A DNA stretch of 29,406 nucleotides, taken from UHGV virus genome UHGV-0125383. The stretch is one strand, 5' to 3'. Every line of letters starts with the position of its first letter. Position 1 is the stretch's first letter. The position numbers and the translations under genes were made by a program. The stretch comes from a virus. A model generated the notes under the pieces. It saw only the letters and a program-made list of their open reading frames with translations, ran no database searches and was not told the DNA's origin. Positions 1 through 9,378 of the stretch are shown in pieces.

Positions 1-784
1 AGAGAATGTGCTGGAGAGTACCAAATGCACGAGTCTTGTCCGGATCAAGCGTGGAAGCGTACGCCAGAAAACCTTTCGGCTTCTTCGTCCCGTTCCCGCT
101 GGTAAAGGCGATTTCTTCCTGCTCTGCAAACTCAATTGCCAGTTCGCTGTTGATCCAGTCCTCAACGTTGAAGAAGGCATCATCCAACATCGTCTGGGTT
201 GCCTGGGGATTACCGTAGATTTCACCCATGAATGGCTCAATCTGACCGAGTTTGGAGGCATCCGTATCCGGACGAGCATCCGTTTCACCAACCCAGCCAG
301 ACGCAGTACCGCCAAGGTTAACCAGTTTTTTATAGTTTGCGCCGCCAACGGTGATGGTCGTGGCTTCCTGGCGCATCACCACTTCATCTTTCAGAAGATC
401 CAGGATAGTGCGATCAAGTTCTTCCGGTACGGCATAACCACCGTCTTCATCGACGCCGACCTGTAGGGCTTTACGCTCCAGATCGCGAAGGCCATCATCT
501 TTACCCTTACGCATAAAATCGAGAAATGCCGTTTTGTGTTCACTTGCGGCCTTGCTCTGAGGTCCACCAGCAGGACGTTTTACCTGCTTCAGTTCTTCTT
601 CCAGAGCAGATTTAAGTTCGTCCAGTTCAGATAACTTACCGTTTAAGGTTTCAACCTCACCGGCAAGTTTGCCCTTTTCTTGCTCAACAGCCTCCAGCCG
701 CTTATCGTTCTTTTCTTTGAACGCATCAAACTTAGCCTGTAGCTCCTGCGCAACCTGTTCTACATCTTTTTGTTCTACTGCCAT
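1..784 (-). CDS. Major capsid protein, HK97 family, N-terminal part (gene continues beyond window start)
   Basis: Minus-strand frame open from ATG at 782-784 to position 1 with no stop (hand translation begins MAVEQKDVEQVAQELQAKFDAF..., a coiled-coil N-terminus, then ...GYAVPEELDRTILDLL...). It lies directly downstream of the prohead protease as in HK97-like head modules. Not in the ORF track because it has no stop inside the window. Confidence 0.75.
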   Translation of the reverse strand, partial: MAVEQKDVEQVAQELQAKFDAFKEKNDKRLEAVEQEKGKLAGEVETLNGKLSELDELKSALEEELKQVKRPAGGPQSKAASEHKTAFLDFMRKGKDDGLRDLERKALQVGVDEDGGYAVPEELDRTILDLLKDEVVMRQEATTITVGGANYKKLVNLGGTASGWVGETDARPDTDASKLGQIEPFMGEIYGNPQATQTMLDDAFFNVEDWINSELAIEFAEQEEIAFTSGNGTKKPKGFLAYASTLDPDKTRAFGTLQHIL

Positions 785-800
785 GTTGTTTCTCTCCGGT

Positions 801-1472
801 TCAGAAATTCAGTGATTTAAGTGCATTCAGACCAGCAGTCACATCAGCATCACGCTGACTGATTGCGCTATAGCCCCCGGCCATGAATGCTTTAGCCTGG
901 GTGCGAGAAAGCCCAACATCGCGCAGGACTCGTTCAATACATTTCTGTGATGGTGTTTCACCACGTGCCAGCATGCTTTTCACATCACTGATTCGGGCTT
1001 CATCATTAGATGGGAACGTGACGGGGCTGACTTCCCAGAGGTCGATCTCTTTCAACAAAAATGCTTCTTTGGTTTTGTCGTATTCCCAGTCATTCAACCA
1101 ATAGCCAATAGAAAGGCCGGTTATAGAACCGGCCTTCATGTGTCCGTGAGCGCGCTTCGCCAGCGGGTCATCATCAATGAGTAATCGCCCTTTAACGTAA
1201 AGGCCAACATCATCCTCTTTCATTTCGGTGTAGACACCGATCGGTTCAGCGGTCTGGTGTTGCCAGAGAAGTGCCGGCATCCTCCCCTTTTCTTTCCACG
1301 TCTGTAGCGATTTTGTGAAGGCACCAGGAACCACAATATCGCCGTAGCTATCCTTCACGCCGAATACCGAACCGTAGCCCTCAAACTCGCCGGTTTCACT
1401 GACAGACTTCAGTTTCAGCGGAACATCAAGTCGCTGTTTTGTTGACGGTCGTTCAGACGGGTTCATCGTCAT
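801..1472 (-). CDS. Prohead (head maturation) serine protease, HK97 family
   Basis: 223-aa ORF from the track. Sequence character and position between portal and capsid genes fit HK97-type prohead protease; family recognition is from memory. Confidence 0.85.
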   Translation of the reverse strand: MTMNPSERPSTKQRLDVPLKLKSVSETGEFEGYGSVFGVKDSYGDIVVPGAFTKSLQTWKEKGRMPALLWQHQTAEPIGVYTEMKEDDVGLYVKGRLLIDDDPLAKRAHGHMKAGSITGLSIGYWLNDWEYDKTKEAFLLKEIDLWEVSPVTFPSNDEARISDVKSMLARGETPSQKCIERVLRDVGLSRTQAKAFMAGGYSAISQRDADVTAGLNALKSLNF

Positions 1473-2688
1473 GTGGTGGATCCTCGGTTGATTTTTGTTT
1501 GCTGCCGTCGGACGGTTTAGTTGTCATGTTCATTGGCGTCAGATAGATGTCTCCGCCTGGCCGGGGGTTGCGATCCTCCAGTTCCAGACAGTCATTCGGT
1601 GAAAACATGCCCCAGTTGATGCCGGTGGCGTACGCATCGAATCGAGATTTCATATCACCGCGCAGTAGCGCGCCAGCGTTGAATTTTGCGAAAAACTGCC
1701 CACGCTTGGACTTCTTCACCAGTCCGACGTTGATTCGCTGTTCGATACGGGTCATGTAGGGAACCAGTGAATAATTGATAAACCCAATTCCCAGATTCTC
1801 GATGTTGTTGAATGTCGCGCGGTCAGTGTTCTGCACCATGTGCATCGGTACCCGGTAGAGACGACAAATTTCCTCAAGCTGGAATTTTCTGGTTTCAAGG
1901 AACTGCGCGTCTTCGGCGGATAAGGCCATTTGTTTCCACTGCAACCCCATTTCAAGGATCATCGGTTTGTGAGCATTACCCAGTCCCTGATGTTTCTCTT
2001 CAAAATCGTTTTTCAGTCGTTCAAATGCCTGATCTGTAAGTTGCTGTTCTGTCTGCAATACACCTGATGTAACCGCGCCATTACTGAACAGGCGGGCACC
2101 GTGCTCTTCAGTAGCCAGTCCAAGAGCGACCGCCTGTCTGGCATATGCGATCGGATTCAGACCAACCAGCCCGTCGAATGTGAGGGTCCGAACGTGCCAG
2201 ATTTCCTCCTGAGTAAGGATGTCGGATGTGCCATCCGGAAACGTAACCTGGTAAACCGGCTCCCACTTGCTGTTTAATTTTGGTACTACAGAGCCAGGAT
2301 CGAGCGGAAGCAGCTCAACAACCTCTCCCAGAGCATAAACCTTGTATGCGTAGAAATTCCCGCGCAGACACAGACAAACGATAATCAGTTCCCAGAACTC
2401 CTGTGGGGTCATGTACTCGTTAGGCTGAACCGATAGCAGTTTGTGAAGGCGTTCATTAACCGCCTTTTCTTTGCGGTCACCGGTAACCTTTAACAGATTG
2501 CATGGAAGCATACCCATCGACTCTGCCAGCACCCTGATGCAACCAAACACAGCCGTCAGGTGCATCGCGCGGCGTGAACTGACTCGCCTTCCTGTGTAGG
2601 TGTCGTACGAATAGCCTGCCATTTCTGCCAGTTGTGCTGGGGTTGAAACAGGAGTTCCGCTTTTCTGGAATAATCCGGGGAAAAACAT
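1453..2688 (-). CDS. Portal protein, HK97 family
   Basis: 411-aa ORF downstream of large terminase and overlapping the protease start by 20 nt; size and position are typical of HK97-family portal proteins. Confidence 0.85.
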   Translation of the reverse strand: MFFPGLFQKSGTPVSTPAQLAEMAGYSYDTYTGRRVSSRRAMHLTAVFGCIRVLAESMGMLPCNLLKVTGDRKEKAVNERLHKLLSVQPNEYMTPQEFWELIIVCLCLRGNFYAYKVYALGEVVELLPLDPGSVVPKLNSKWEPVYQVTFPDGTSDILTQEEIWHVRTLTFDGLVGLNPIAYARQAVALGLATEEHGARLFSNGAVTSGVLQTEQQLTDQAFERLKNDFEEKHQGLGNAHKPMILEMGLQWKQMALSAEDAQFLETRKFQLEEICRLYRVPMHMVQNTDRATFNNIENLGIGFINYSLVPYMTRIEQRINVGLVKKSKRGQFFAKFNAGALLRGDMKSRFDAYATGINWGMFSPNDCLELEDRNPRPGGDIYLTPMNMTTKPSDGSKQKSTEDPPHDDEPV

Positions 2689-2691
2689 TCG

Positions 2692-2850
2692 TTACCCCCT
2701 CAGCAGATACTTGGAAACCAGCCATGACCAGAAAAGGCACAGCCCACCACCAGCAATAAAACCAGCAGGCGGATACACCAACCATGCCCCATAAGAGAGC
2801 AACAGTGCTCCCAGCACCCCGACAGTTGGGGTGAGAATATTCAGGATCAT
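2692..2850 (-). CDS. Small hydrophobic protein (52 aa) between large terminase and portal
   Basis: Hand-translated: ATG at 2848-2850, [52 protein letters not shown], stop 2692-2694. Mostly hydrophobic with two predicted membrane spans. Below the ORF-track size cutoff; coding status not proven. Confidence 0.35.
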   Translation of the reverse strand: MILNILTPTVGVLGALLLSYGAWLVYPPAGFIAGGGLCLFWSWLVSKYLLRG

Positions 2851-2861
2851 AATTGCCTCAG

Positions 2862-4595
2862 TTAAAGTGAACGTATGCCGTGCGTTTCAAGGCGATCAGA
2901 AAGGGTGTCAACTTTCTCATAGAGCATCAGACGGCCAATACCCATAATCAGCGCCACTGCGCCGTCGATTTTGTTTTCGTTCTGCTCTTTGATGGGCTTC
3001 ACCACATCGTCATTGCCGGGGATGTTTTTCCCTACCACGTTGGCAATACACCAGCTCATGATGGGGTTGCCGTCATGATGAAACCTGCCGGACTCAATCG
3101 CCGCTTCAAGCTCTTTCATCGGGTCTGACATGTTGGTGTAGTTCTGAATGATGGTAACGGGATTAAGCTGCTCATCCGCCAGGTCATGAGAAAGCCCGGT
3201 GGCGCCGTAGGGATCAATCGGTGACTCGGTGACCGGGTTCAGTTTGTTCGCTGCTTTGGCCTCCTCCAGAATGTAGCGGTAATCCACCTCTGCGCCATCG
3301 GTGACGGTGAGGTAACCCATCTCAACCCATTTCTGAAAGCGTTCAGCAGTGCGGCGATCCTCGTTTTTCTCCACGCTGTAAACCGTGTCATACGGTACCC
3401 AGAAGCGTGGCGCCACACTGTAATAATGCGTTTTGCCATCAATCTCGCGGGTGAACAGCCTCGCCATGCTGTTCATATCCAGTTTGCGTGCAAGGTCGAA
3501 TGCCAGCACACAGGGCTGCCCTTCGAAATGCTCGAGCGTAAGCGTTTTGTCTTCGCAGTTCTGCCAGGACACAAGGTTATAGAAAGCCGCCCGCGCCGCC
3601 ACCCAGATATTCAGATGCTTGGTTTTAAAAACGCCCGCCTGCCGGGCATTGTTAATCGCGCGCTGCTGCTGACTGAGAAGAAAATCGCGGTACACCGAGA
3701 CGCCCATATTTGGGTTCGCCTTCTCCAGCACCTTCGGATCCGTCCAGTCGTCGCCTTCATCAACCGTGTAGATGATGCCGAACAGCTCCTCGTTGGGAAC
3801 CGAGCCGTTAAGCATCTCGATCACTTCGCGGCGTTTGTCGTAGCACGGACCTTCAATGTTGTAACCGGCGGTGGTGATCGCCCACATCAGCGGCTGGCGA
3901 CGCGCGCCCATTCCGGTCAGCATGGTGGTATAGAGCGAGTCGGTCTGATGTTCGTGATATTCGTCGACGATGGCGCAGTGCGGCGACGCACCGTCGCCCG
4001 GGTTGCCAATCAGCGGTTCGAACCGCGCACCGTCCTCAGGCCGGTTCAGGTTGGAGGCATTCACCTCGATGCCGAACGCTTCGACGAGCAGCGGAGTCCG
4101 CTTGCACATCAGCCGCGCAGGACGAAACACTTCCCACGCCTGTTTTTCAGTCGTGGCGCCGGAATACACCTCCGCGCCGAATTCGTTGTCACAGGTAAAG
4201 CAGTACAGCGCCACGCCGGCGGAGATCGCCGACTTACCGTTTTTACGGGGGATCTCGGTGTAAACTTCGCGAAAGCGGCGCAGCCTTGTCCCCTTTTGCA
4301 CCCAGCCAAAGGCACAGCAGATGATGAAAAGTTGCCACGACTCCAGGGTGATCGGCATCCGTTTGAACGCCCATTCGCCCTTGGTATGCGGCAGCAATTG
4401 AATAAACTTCGCGGCCTTCTCCGCCATGTCCTTATCAAAGCGGTACCGGAATTTGCGGCTTTTCTCCTGAGCCATGTCGTCGATGTGGCGCTGGCAGGCC
4501 TGAAGCACAAACTGGCACGCGGGTATCTTTCCCCGCACAACGTTGCGGGCGTATTGATTCGCGGCGTTGACGTTAGGGTACGATTTCCGGCTCAT
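2862..4595 (-). CDS. Terminase large subunit
   Basis: 577-aa ORF. N-terminal ATPase-like region and C-terminal nuclease-like region typical of phage large terminases; overlaps the small-subunit gene stop by 4 nt (translational coupling). Confidence 0.9.
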   Translation of the reverse strand: MSRKSYPNVNAANQYARNVVRGKIPACQFVLQACQRHIDDMAQEKSRKFRYRFDKDMAEKAAKFIQLLPHTKGEWAFKRMPITLESWQLFIICCAFGWVQKGTRLRRFREVYTEIPRKNGKSAISAGVALYCFTCDNEFGAEVYSGATTEKQAWEVFRPARLMCKRTPLLVEAFGIEVNASNLNRPEDGARFEPLIGNPGDGASPHCAIVDEYHEHQTDSLYTTMLTGMGARRQPLMWAITTAGYNIEGPCYDKRREVIEMLNGSVPNEELFGIIYTVDEGDDWTDPKVLEKANPNMGVSVYRDFLLSQQQRAINNARQAGVFKTKHLNIWVAARAAFYNLVSWQNCEDKTLTLEHFEGQPCVLAFDLARKLDMNSMARLFTREIDGKTHYYSVAPRFWVPYDTVYSVEKNEDRRTAERFQKWVEMGYLTVTDGAEVDYRYILEEAKAANKLNPVTESPIDPYGATGLSHDLADEQLNPVTIIQNYTNMSDPMKELEAAIESGRFHHDGNPIMSWCIANVVGKNIPGNDDVVKPIKEQNENKIDGAVALIMGIGRLMLYEKVDTLSDRLETHGIRSL

Positions 4596-5095
4596 GAGTT
4601 GATCATCTTCAGGAATGGGTTAGCGGTTTTCTTCTGCCCGGCCAGGCCGATAAGACGCTGGCGACTACTGGGGTCAAGGCCCAGCATGGATCCGGTGGAG
4701 CTCATCTCCGATTCCTGCTCTTTCTTGGCGGTCAGCTCGGGGTTCTTTATCCTGCCGCCCATCGCGCCGACGATGGTGTTACCTTCCGAAGCGATGTTCT
4801 TCACGGCACGGCGCCAGAATTCGTAAGCCACACACCAGCGCTCAAGAACCGCCAGGTCGGTAACGCACAGCAGTCCCTGCCCACATAACTCTTTTGTGGT
4901 CAGTTCCCACATGACGGAAGCCAGCGGGAGATCGTCTTCTGTGAACCAGTCCGGCGGCGCTACACCTTTAATTGGCGTAAAGACCGGTTCCTCTTTATTC
5001 AGGGCTCGCTTGCCGGGGTTACCGGCCAGTTCCTTGCGCGCCGTTGGCTTGGGGCGACGCCCGGAACGCCCTGCCGTTCCAGCCATATGCGGCAC
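4592..5095 (-). CDS. Terminase small subunit (P27-like family)
   Basis: 167-aa ORF immediately upstream of, and coupled to, the large terminase; basic N-terminus ([30 protein letters not shown]) typical of P27-family small terminase. Confidence 0.8.
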   Translation of the reverse strand: MPHMAGTAGRSGRRPKPTARKELAGNPGKRALNKEEPVFTPIKGVAPPDWFTEDDLPLASVMWELTTKELCGQGLLCVTDLAVLERWCVAYEFWRRAVKNIASEGNTIVGAMGGRIKNPELTAKKEQESEMSSTGSMLGLDPSSRQRLIGLAGQKKTANPFLKMINS

Positions 5096-5214
5096 TCCTG
5101 GTTAAATTTCATTTTTCGCGGGTATAAAAATTCGGGGAGGCGGGCAGTCCGGAAGGAAGGCGGTCGCAGAGATTCTGCCCCCCTCCCCTGGCTGATATCA
5201 GATGATAATCATTA
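5096..5214. other. Candidate cos / packaging-initiation region between the HNH endonuclease and small terminase genes
   Basis: 119-bp intergenic with GC-rich inverted repeat GGGCAG...CTGCCC and mirrored GGGGAGG / CCCCTCCCC runs (seen). In HK97-like phages cos lies between the HNH and terS genes (established). Assignment is by position only. Confidence 0.3.
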
Positions 5215-5565
5215 TCACTTAAGCCGCTCACGCGCGGTCTTCGCTGCGTGACACGACCAACACAGACTCTCGAGGTTACTGTCATCATCCGTGCCACCGT
5301 GAGCCTTCGCTTTGATGTGGTCGACACAAGAAGCCTGCTTGACGATCCCCTGCCTGAGATGGTTCTGACACAGACCGCTATCACGCTTCAGAATACGGTC
5401 TCGTATTACTTCCCACTTCGTTCCATAACCGCGCTGGTGTCTTGATTGTCCTGGCTTGTATTGCCGCCATCCTTCGCCTTTATGCGATTCGCAGTAGCCT
5501 GACGGGTCAGTTGTTGTCGAGCGACAACCGCGAACACGACAGGCTTTTGGTGTACGTGGGGGCAT
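5215..5565 (-). CDS. HNH endonuclease (packaging-associated)
   Basis: 116-aa ORF with Cys-rich N-terminus and HNH motif ...CVDHIKAKAHGGTDDDSNLESLCWSCH...; located next to terS as is usual for cos-phage HNH proteins. Confidence 0.85.
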   Translation of the reverse strand: MPPRTPKACRVRGCRSTTTDPSGYCESHKGEGWRQYKPGQSRHQRGYGTKWEVIRDRILKRDSGLCQNHLRQGIVKQASCVDHIKAKAHGGTDDDSNLESLCWSCHAAKTARERLK

Positions 5566-5586
5566 GAGCTATTACCTGCTTAAATG

Positions 5587-5775
5587 CTACTTTGTGATTT
5601 TCACAATCTGATCGCCAAGGGTTGCCGTTTCACGTATCTCCCGAACAATGTAAGAGGCGTGTTCTCGGCTTATGGCATAGATGTTGAACGAAAACTGACG
5701 ACCATCAGCATCGGTAAAATTTACGCTGAATAAGTGCCAGTCACGACCATCAACGTTAACTGTAGTTTTATCCAT
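5587..5775 (-). CDS. Hypothetical phage protein (62 aa)
   Basis: Track ORF 5587..5796 begins with a GTG; the internal ATG at 5773-5775 is preceded by AAGGAAGG at SD spacing, so the likely product starts MDKTTVNVDGRDWHLF... Confidence 0.5.
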   Translation of the reverse strand: MDKTTVNVDGRDWHLFSVNFTDADGRQFSFNIYAISREHASYIVREIRETATLGDQIVKITK

Positions 5776-5799
5776 GAACAGCCTTCCTTGCCTCACGCA

Positions 5800-6369
5800 C
5801 TATTGTGAAGCTCTGGTTTCTTCGATTTCCCGTATTCCAGCAAAGTTATTGTTACCCTTCTCAATGACGGCCAGCAGCGGCTTAATCCAGAGAACAGCCT
5901 GGCAATATGTCAGGGTGCTGGTGGCAACGGTACGATCATCGGCTTCGTCAGGTCCGACGGAATTGGTGTGCATGGCGCTGGAACGTATACGGTTCGCGTA
6001 GTCGAGCAGCCCACCAGCAACATCATCAGGAACAGGCAGATCACAGGTTTTTTCACGTCGAAGAATCTCCCGGTATTCGATGACAGTCTTTTCGGTACCC
6101 GCATCGATCAACGAATTAAGGCGGCTGGCATTTTCTGATACCTGGTTAAAACGGTTGAAGTTGAAAGCCTGCGTCGCGATGACCTGACCCTGTAGCGCGT
6201 TATCATGCTCCAGAACGCGCTTATCGCTTTGCGCTGTGCTCAGCTCTGCCCGGTTGTTCGCCAGCAGGACACCGAGAATAGCGATAGCGCCAACGACAAT
6301 AACCACCGCGATAATTGCCAGCCACCAGCGCCATGACGTTTTCAGTGATGACAGCAGCGTCTGGATCAT
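5800..6369 (-). CDS. Rz-like i-spanin (inner-membrane spanin)
   Basis: 189-aa ORF with N-terminal transmembrane segment (WRWWLAIIAVVIVVGAIAILGVLLA) and periplasmic domain; start overlaps the endolysin stop (ATGA); contains an embedded lipoprotein ORF in another frame. Confidence 0.85.
   Translation of the reverse strand: MIQTLLSSLKTSWRWWLAIIAVVIVVGAIAILGVLLANNRAELSTAQSDKRVLEHDNALQGQVIATQAFNFNRFNQVSENASRLNSLIDAGTEKTVIEYREILRREKTCDLPVPDDVAGGLLDYANRIRSSAMHTNSVGPDEADDRTVATSTLTYCQAVLWIKPLLAVIEKGNNNFAGIREIEETRASQ
5910..6050 (-). CDS. Rz1-like o-spanin lipoprotein, embedded within the Rz gene in a different frame
   Basis: Track ORF 5910..6104. Signal peptide plus lipobox LLVGC followed by a proline-rich mature part (CSTTRTVYVPAPCTPIPSDLTKPMIVPLPPAP). 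Probable start is GTG at 6048-6050 (giving MKKPVICLFLMMLLVGC...) preceded by GGGAGA; the exact start is uncertain. Confidence 0.75.
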   Translation of the reverse strand, partial: KPVICLFLMMLLVGCSTTRTVYVPAPCTPIPSDLTKPMIVPLPPAP

Positions 6370-6860
6370 GATTCTTTTACCGAGCTGGTGCCATTCATCA
6401 ACGGTAACAGGCGGCTATCCCTCGGCTCGTTAACCGGCCAACGATAACCAGTCACGCGGGAACGCGAGAACGCACGAATATTGATGGCGTCGGACTGATT
6501 GCCTCCGAGGACCATCAGGTCACCGTTCTGGTGCTGCCCGACCACAAATCCGACATGGCCACCGCCGTCGCGACTGAATACCACCACACATCCATAGGCT
6601 GGCTCGCGAAGTTCGACGCCCCAGTTGAGATAGGATTTCGCAGACTCGAAACGGGTTGATTTGATGCCGACACGCTCGAGCATTGAGCCGACGTATGCTG
6701 CACACCAGGGGGTTTCGTCATCTTTGATTCCGGCACGGTGAATATCCTTCCAGAACTGAAGCAACAGCGGATTATGGCGCGGACCTTTAATTTCCATCTG
6801 CCCAATGTATTTACGGCCTTCCACCAGCCAGCGTGGCTCGTTACTGGTTTGCATCGTCAA
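6366..6860 (-). CDS. Putative endolysin (cysteine peptidase-like peptidoglycan hydrolase, TIGR02594-like family)
   Basis: 164-aa ORF between holin and Rz. Contains candidate catalytic Cys ([10 protein letters not shown]) and His (GGGHVGFVV); family assignment is from memory. Confidence 0.7.
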   Translation of the reverse strand: MTMQTSNEPRWLVEGRKYIGQMEIKGPRHNPLLLQFWKDIHRAGIKDDETPWCAAYVGSMLERVGIKSTRFESAKSYLNWGVELREPAYGCVVVFSRDGGGHVGFVVGQHQNGDLMVLGGNQSDAINIRAFSRSRVTGYRWPVNEPRDSRLLPLMNGTSSVKES

Positions 6861-7161
6861 CTCCCGCCTTTTTGGCTGCGAATTTTTTAATCAGATTGCC
6901 GATCGAATCGGTGCCGATGTATCCAATAAAGACGCTGGCAATGTATGCGAGGTTGCTGCTCAATCCGGAGAAGTCGAGCAGGTCACGAATAAACCAGGCG
7001 ATCATCGCGCACATCAGCGCATCAATTAGCGTCTTCATCTTGGCGCCACCGTTATAGCGACCACGCAGGTACGCCATAATAAAAGCCAGCATTGCACCAA
7101 TACCCTGCTCCTTAGCGGCAAGTAGCGCAGCGATGAAATCTTGTTTGTATGGCATTTTCAT
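6841..7161 (-). CDS. Holin, lambda S family, with Met-Lys-Met dual-start motif
   Basis: Track ORF 6841..7170 starts at a GTG; the first ATG is 7159-7161 giving [39 protein letters not shown]..., which I recall as closely matching lambda S ([39 protein letters not shown]...). SD GGAGGTGAGG lies upstream. The second ATG is at 7153-7155. Confidence 0.9.
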   Translation of the reverse strand: MKMPYKQDFIAALLAAKEQGIGAMLAFIMAYLRGRYNGGAKMKTLIDALMCAMIAWFIRDLLDFSGLSSNLAYIASVFIGYIGTDSIGNLIKKFAAKKAGVDDANQ

Positions 7162-7304
7162 AGGCCTCACCTCCGATAGTTCGGATGGCGCTGTGTGTGA
7201 TTGAAAGAGATCAGGCTTCCGGGCTCTTTTGTAAAAGTGAAAAAAGAAGGTGATTCCCGGAGCCTGAAGATGATGATCACCACAGCGGGATGACGTGATG
7301 ATCG

Positions 7305-8357
7305 TTATGTCTTATTCAGTTCGCGGATTTCCTCCACAGTCTGAATAAATCGCTCTGTTTCCAGCTCAACGCCGATTGCCCGTCGCCCAAGCGCCATAGC
7401 CGCTTTAATGGTTGAACCCGATCCCATGAAGAAATCAGCCACAACATCACCCGGCCTGCTGCTGGCGTTGATGATCTGCTGCAACATGTCTGCTGGCTTT
7501 TCGCATGGGTGTTTTCCGGGGTAAAACTGAACCGGTTTATGCGTCCAGACATCGGTGAAAGGAACAGAGACTGAAACAGAAAAGAACCGCCGGAGAGACC
7601 TATACTCTTCCAGCAATTCTGAATACTTCCGGTTCAACGAATGCCACGTGGCCACCAGCTGGTGGTGTGGTGTGTCGAGCTCATTGTTTCGATGCTTATC
7701 GAATGCAACCTGGGTGAACAGTTCCTGCAGTTTCTGGTAATCCGCTTCGCCTGGCAGTTGCCATTGAGAGGCTCCGAACCAGTGCGAGACCATGTTTTTC
7801 TTCCCGGTCGCATCGGCGATCTGCTTAGAGGAAACCCCAAGCGATTCACGCGCGTCACGGAAATACGAAATCAGCGGCGTCAGCACATGCTGTTTGAGCT
7901 CGTTACTTTTCTCTGCGTATCCATCACTCTTGGGCTTATACGGGCCCTGGTAATGTTCAGCGAAAAGAATGCGCTCAGTCGCCGGGAAATATGAACGCAG
8001 GCTTTCTTTGTTGCAGCCATTCCAGCGACCGGAAGGTTTTGCCCAGATGATGTGATTAAGGACACTGAACCGCTCCCGCATCATGATTTCAATATCAGAC
8101 GCAAGGCGATGCCCACAGAACAGATAAAGGCTACCGGCGGGTTTCAGAACGCGCCAGAACTCAGCCAGGTATCCATCAAGCCAGCGTAAAAAATCCTCGT
8201 CCCCTTTCCACTGGTTGTCCCATCCTTCAGGTTTCACCCTGAAGTAAGGTGGATCCGTAACGATAAGGTCAATGGAGTTATCAGGGAGAGAAGCGATGTA
8301 ATGCAGGGAGTCAGCGTTGATTAACTCAACACTGTTTATTTTTACAGTATTTTTCAT
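7305..8357 (-). CDS. DNA N6-adenine methyltransferase (beta-class: DPPY motif N-terminal, FxGxG C-terminal), probably orphan
   Basis: 350-aa ORF with VTDPPYF near the N-terminus and FFMGSGST near the C-terminus. No adjacent restriction endonuclease ORF. First gene of the late operon, between the late terminator and the holin. Confidence 0.8.
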   Translation of the reverse strand: MKNTVKINSVELINADSLHYIASLPDNSIDLIVTDPPYFRVKPEGWDNQWKGDEDFLRWLDGYLAEFWRVLKPAGSLYLFCGHRLASDIEIMMRERFSVLNHIIWAKPSGRWNGCNKESLRSYFPATERILFAEHYQGPYKPKSDGYAEKSNELKQHVLTPLISYFRDARESLGVSSKQIADATGKKNMVSHWFGASQWQLPGEADYQKLQELFTQVAFDKHRNNELDTPHHQLVATWHSLNRKYSELLEEYRSLRRFFSVSVSVPFTDVWTHKPVQFYPGKHPCEKPADMLQQIINASSRPGDVVADFFMGSGSTIKAAMALGRRAIGVELETERFIQTVEEIRELNKT

Positions 8358-8594
8358 AGATCAGTAAGCGTAACTCTGATAAGCTCACTATGCTTTTGCG
8401 CTAAAGCAGTGGGCCCTGGTTAGCTTGTGACCTGAAAGCATGAGCTGATGGCTGGCCGGGTGCTACAACACCCACCAGCCGCCCATTTTCACAGCAGATA
8501 GCCCAGGCTGTCGCTGGGCCAGTGATTGATCTTCGACGATATGACAGGGGTATTGATGCAATGCACCTCGCGAATACCCCTGTCGTATCGCCGG

Positions 8595-8620
8595 AAAGCA
8601 AAAGCCCCGACTGGCGGGGC
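8595..8620 (-). terminator. Rho-independent terminator (tR'-like) in the late-operon leader
   Basis: On the minus strand the RNA would read GCCCCG-CCAGU-CGGGGC followed by UUUUGCUUU: a perfect 6-bp GC stem, 5-nt loop and U-tract, just downstream of the putative late promoter. Confidence 0.7.
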
Positions 8621-8686
8621 TCTCGTCATAATCAAATTGTCGCTTCTCATCGCTGCCATCGTGGCGCAGCTCTGCCAAGCATAAAC

Positions 8687-8716
8687 ACATTAGCTAACTT
8701 TCTGGCCCGTTTTCAA
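8687..8716 (-). promoter_or_regulatory. Putative late promoter (PR'-like) downstream of the Q gene
   Basis: Minus-strand TTGAAA (complement of 8711-8716) and TAATGT (complement of 8687-8692) with about 18-bp spacing, between the Q stop and the terminator. Hexamers were picked by eye. Confidence 0.3.
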
Positions 8717-8764
8717 CTCTGTCAGTTAAAAATAGCACTAATAGCTAAAATATTCCTTTTGCGA

Positions 8765-9364
8765 CTATTCGGATAATAGTTTTCGTGAGGACAGAAAAAC
8801 CTTTGCTCTGAAGATTTCCAGGCACCAGCGCACTCGTTTTCTGGCCTCTCCATCAGTCAGCCAGGGCGCTATAACCTGCAATTCTCTGGTGATGTCTGAG
8901 ATTTTTTTCCTTGTGGTGTAATACTGGCATCCAACCACATAAACAGGATCGTTCAGGTCGAAAGCCTGAAGGACAGACTCCTCGACGAACTCAACATCAT
9001 CACTATTGATGGCCTCATCAATTATACTGACCTGCGGCTCGGGCCAGAGAATTAAGCGGGCCCGCCGTAACGCCTGCTCACCACGGAATCCCTCATCCCT
9101 CGCTTGATTCAACGCGACGGTAAAACGCTCGAGCGCTTTATCAGACCAGTTCCTCCCTCTGATTACGTTCCAGCATGAATGTCCGCATGGTTTTCTGGGA
9201 GCTACTCCACCGCGAACGCTTTCACCCCATACAGCGAGAAGAGATTTGATCCATCCAGACTGGATATCGGTCAGGAGCATGCTTTTCCCCAGCCAGCTTT
9301 TGCGCGGCGCTATCGCTGCCTTTTCCAGGGCTGCCCGATGCGAACGTTTTTGACGAGGTGTCAT
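8765..9364 (-). CDS. Putative late-gene antiterminator Q
   Basis: 199-aa ORF immediately upstream of the promoter/terminator pair that precedes the lysis genes, the position Q occupies in lambdoid phages. Family resemblance is from memory only; the call is mainly by synteny. Confidence 0.55.
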   Translation of the reverse strand: MTPRQKRSHRAALEKAAIAPRKSWLGKSMLLTDIQSGWIKSLLAVWGESVRGGVAPRKPCGHSCWNVIRGRNWSDKALERFTVALNQARDEGFRGEQALRRARLILWPEPQVSIIDEAINSDDVEFVEESVLQAFDLNDPVYVVGCQYYTTRKKISDITRELQVIAPWLTDGEARKRVRWCLEIFRAKVFLSSRKLLSE

Positions 9365-9378
9365 TATTTTTTCTCCAC

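Noticed and set aside
3426-4826. 466-aa plus-strand ORF (and other plus-strand ORFs at 8..466, 883..1104, 1547..2039, 2880..3128, 3970..4263)
   Set aside because: Antisense to well-supported head and terminase genes; Arg/Pro/Ala-rich composition typical of wrong-frame translation and no start-site signals.
5774-7057. Track ORFs 5774..6001 (plus), 6236..6433 (plus), 6515..6805 (minus), 6520..6705 (minus), 6805..7029 (plus), 6833..7057 (plus)
   Set aside because: Alternative frames across the holin, endolysin and Rz genes; apart from the embedded Rz1 lipoprotein none has signal-peptide, SD or composition support.
8401-8776. Track ORFs 8401..8601 (minus), 8463..8690 (minus) and 8522..8776 (plus) in the late leader
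   Set aside because: They span the late promoter and terminator region and have junk-like composition; interpreted as a noncoding regulatory leader.
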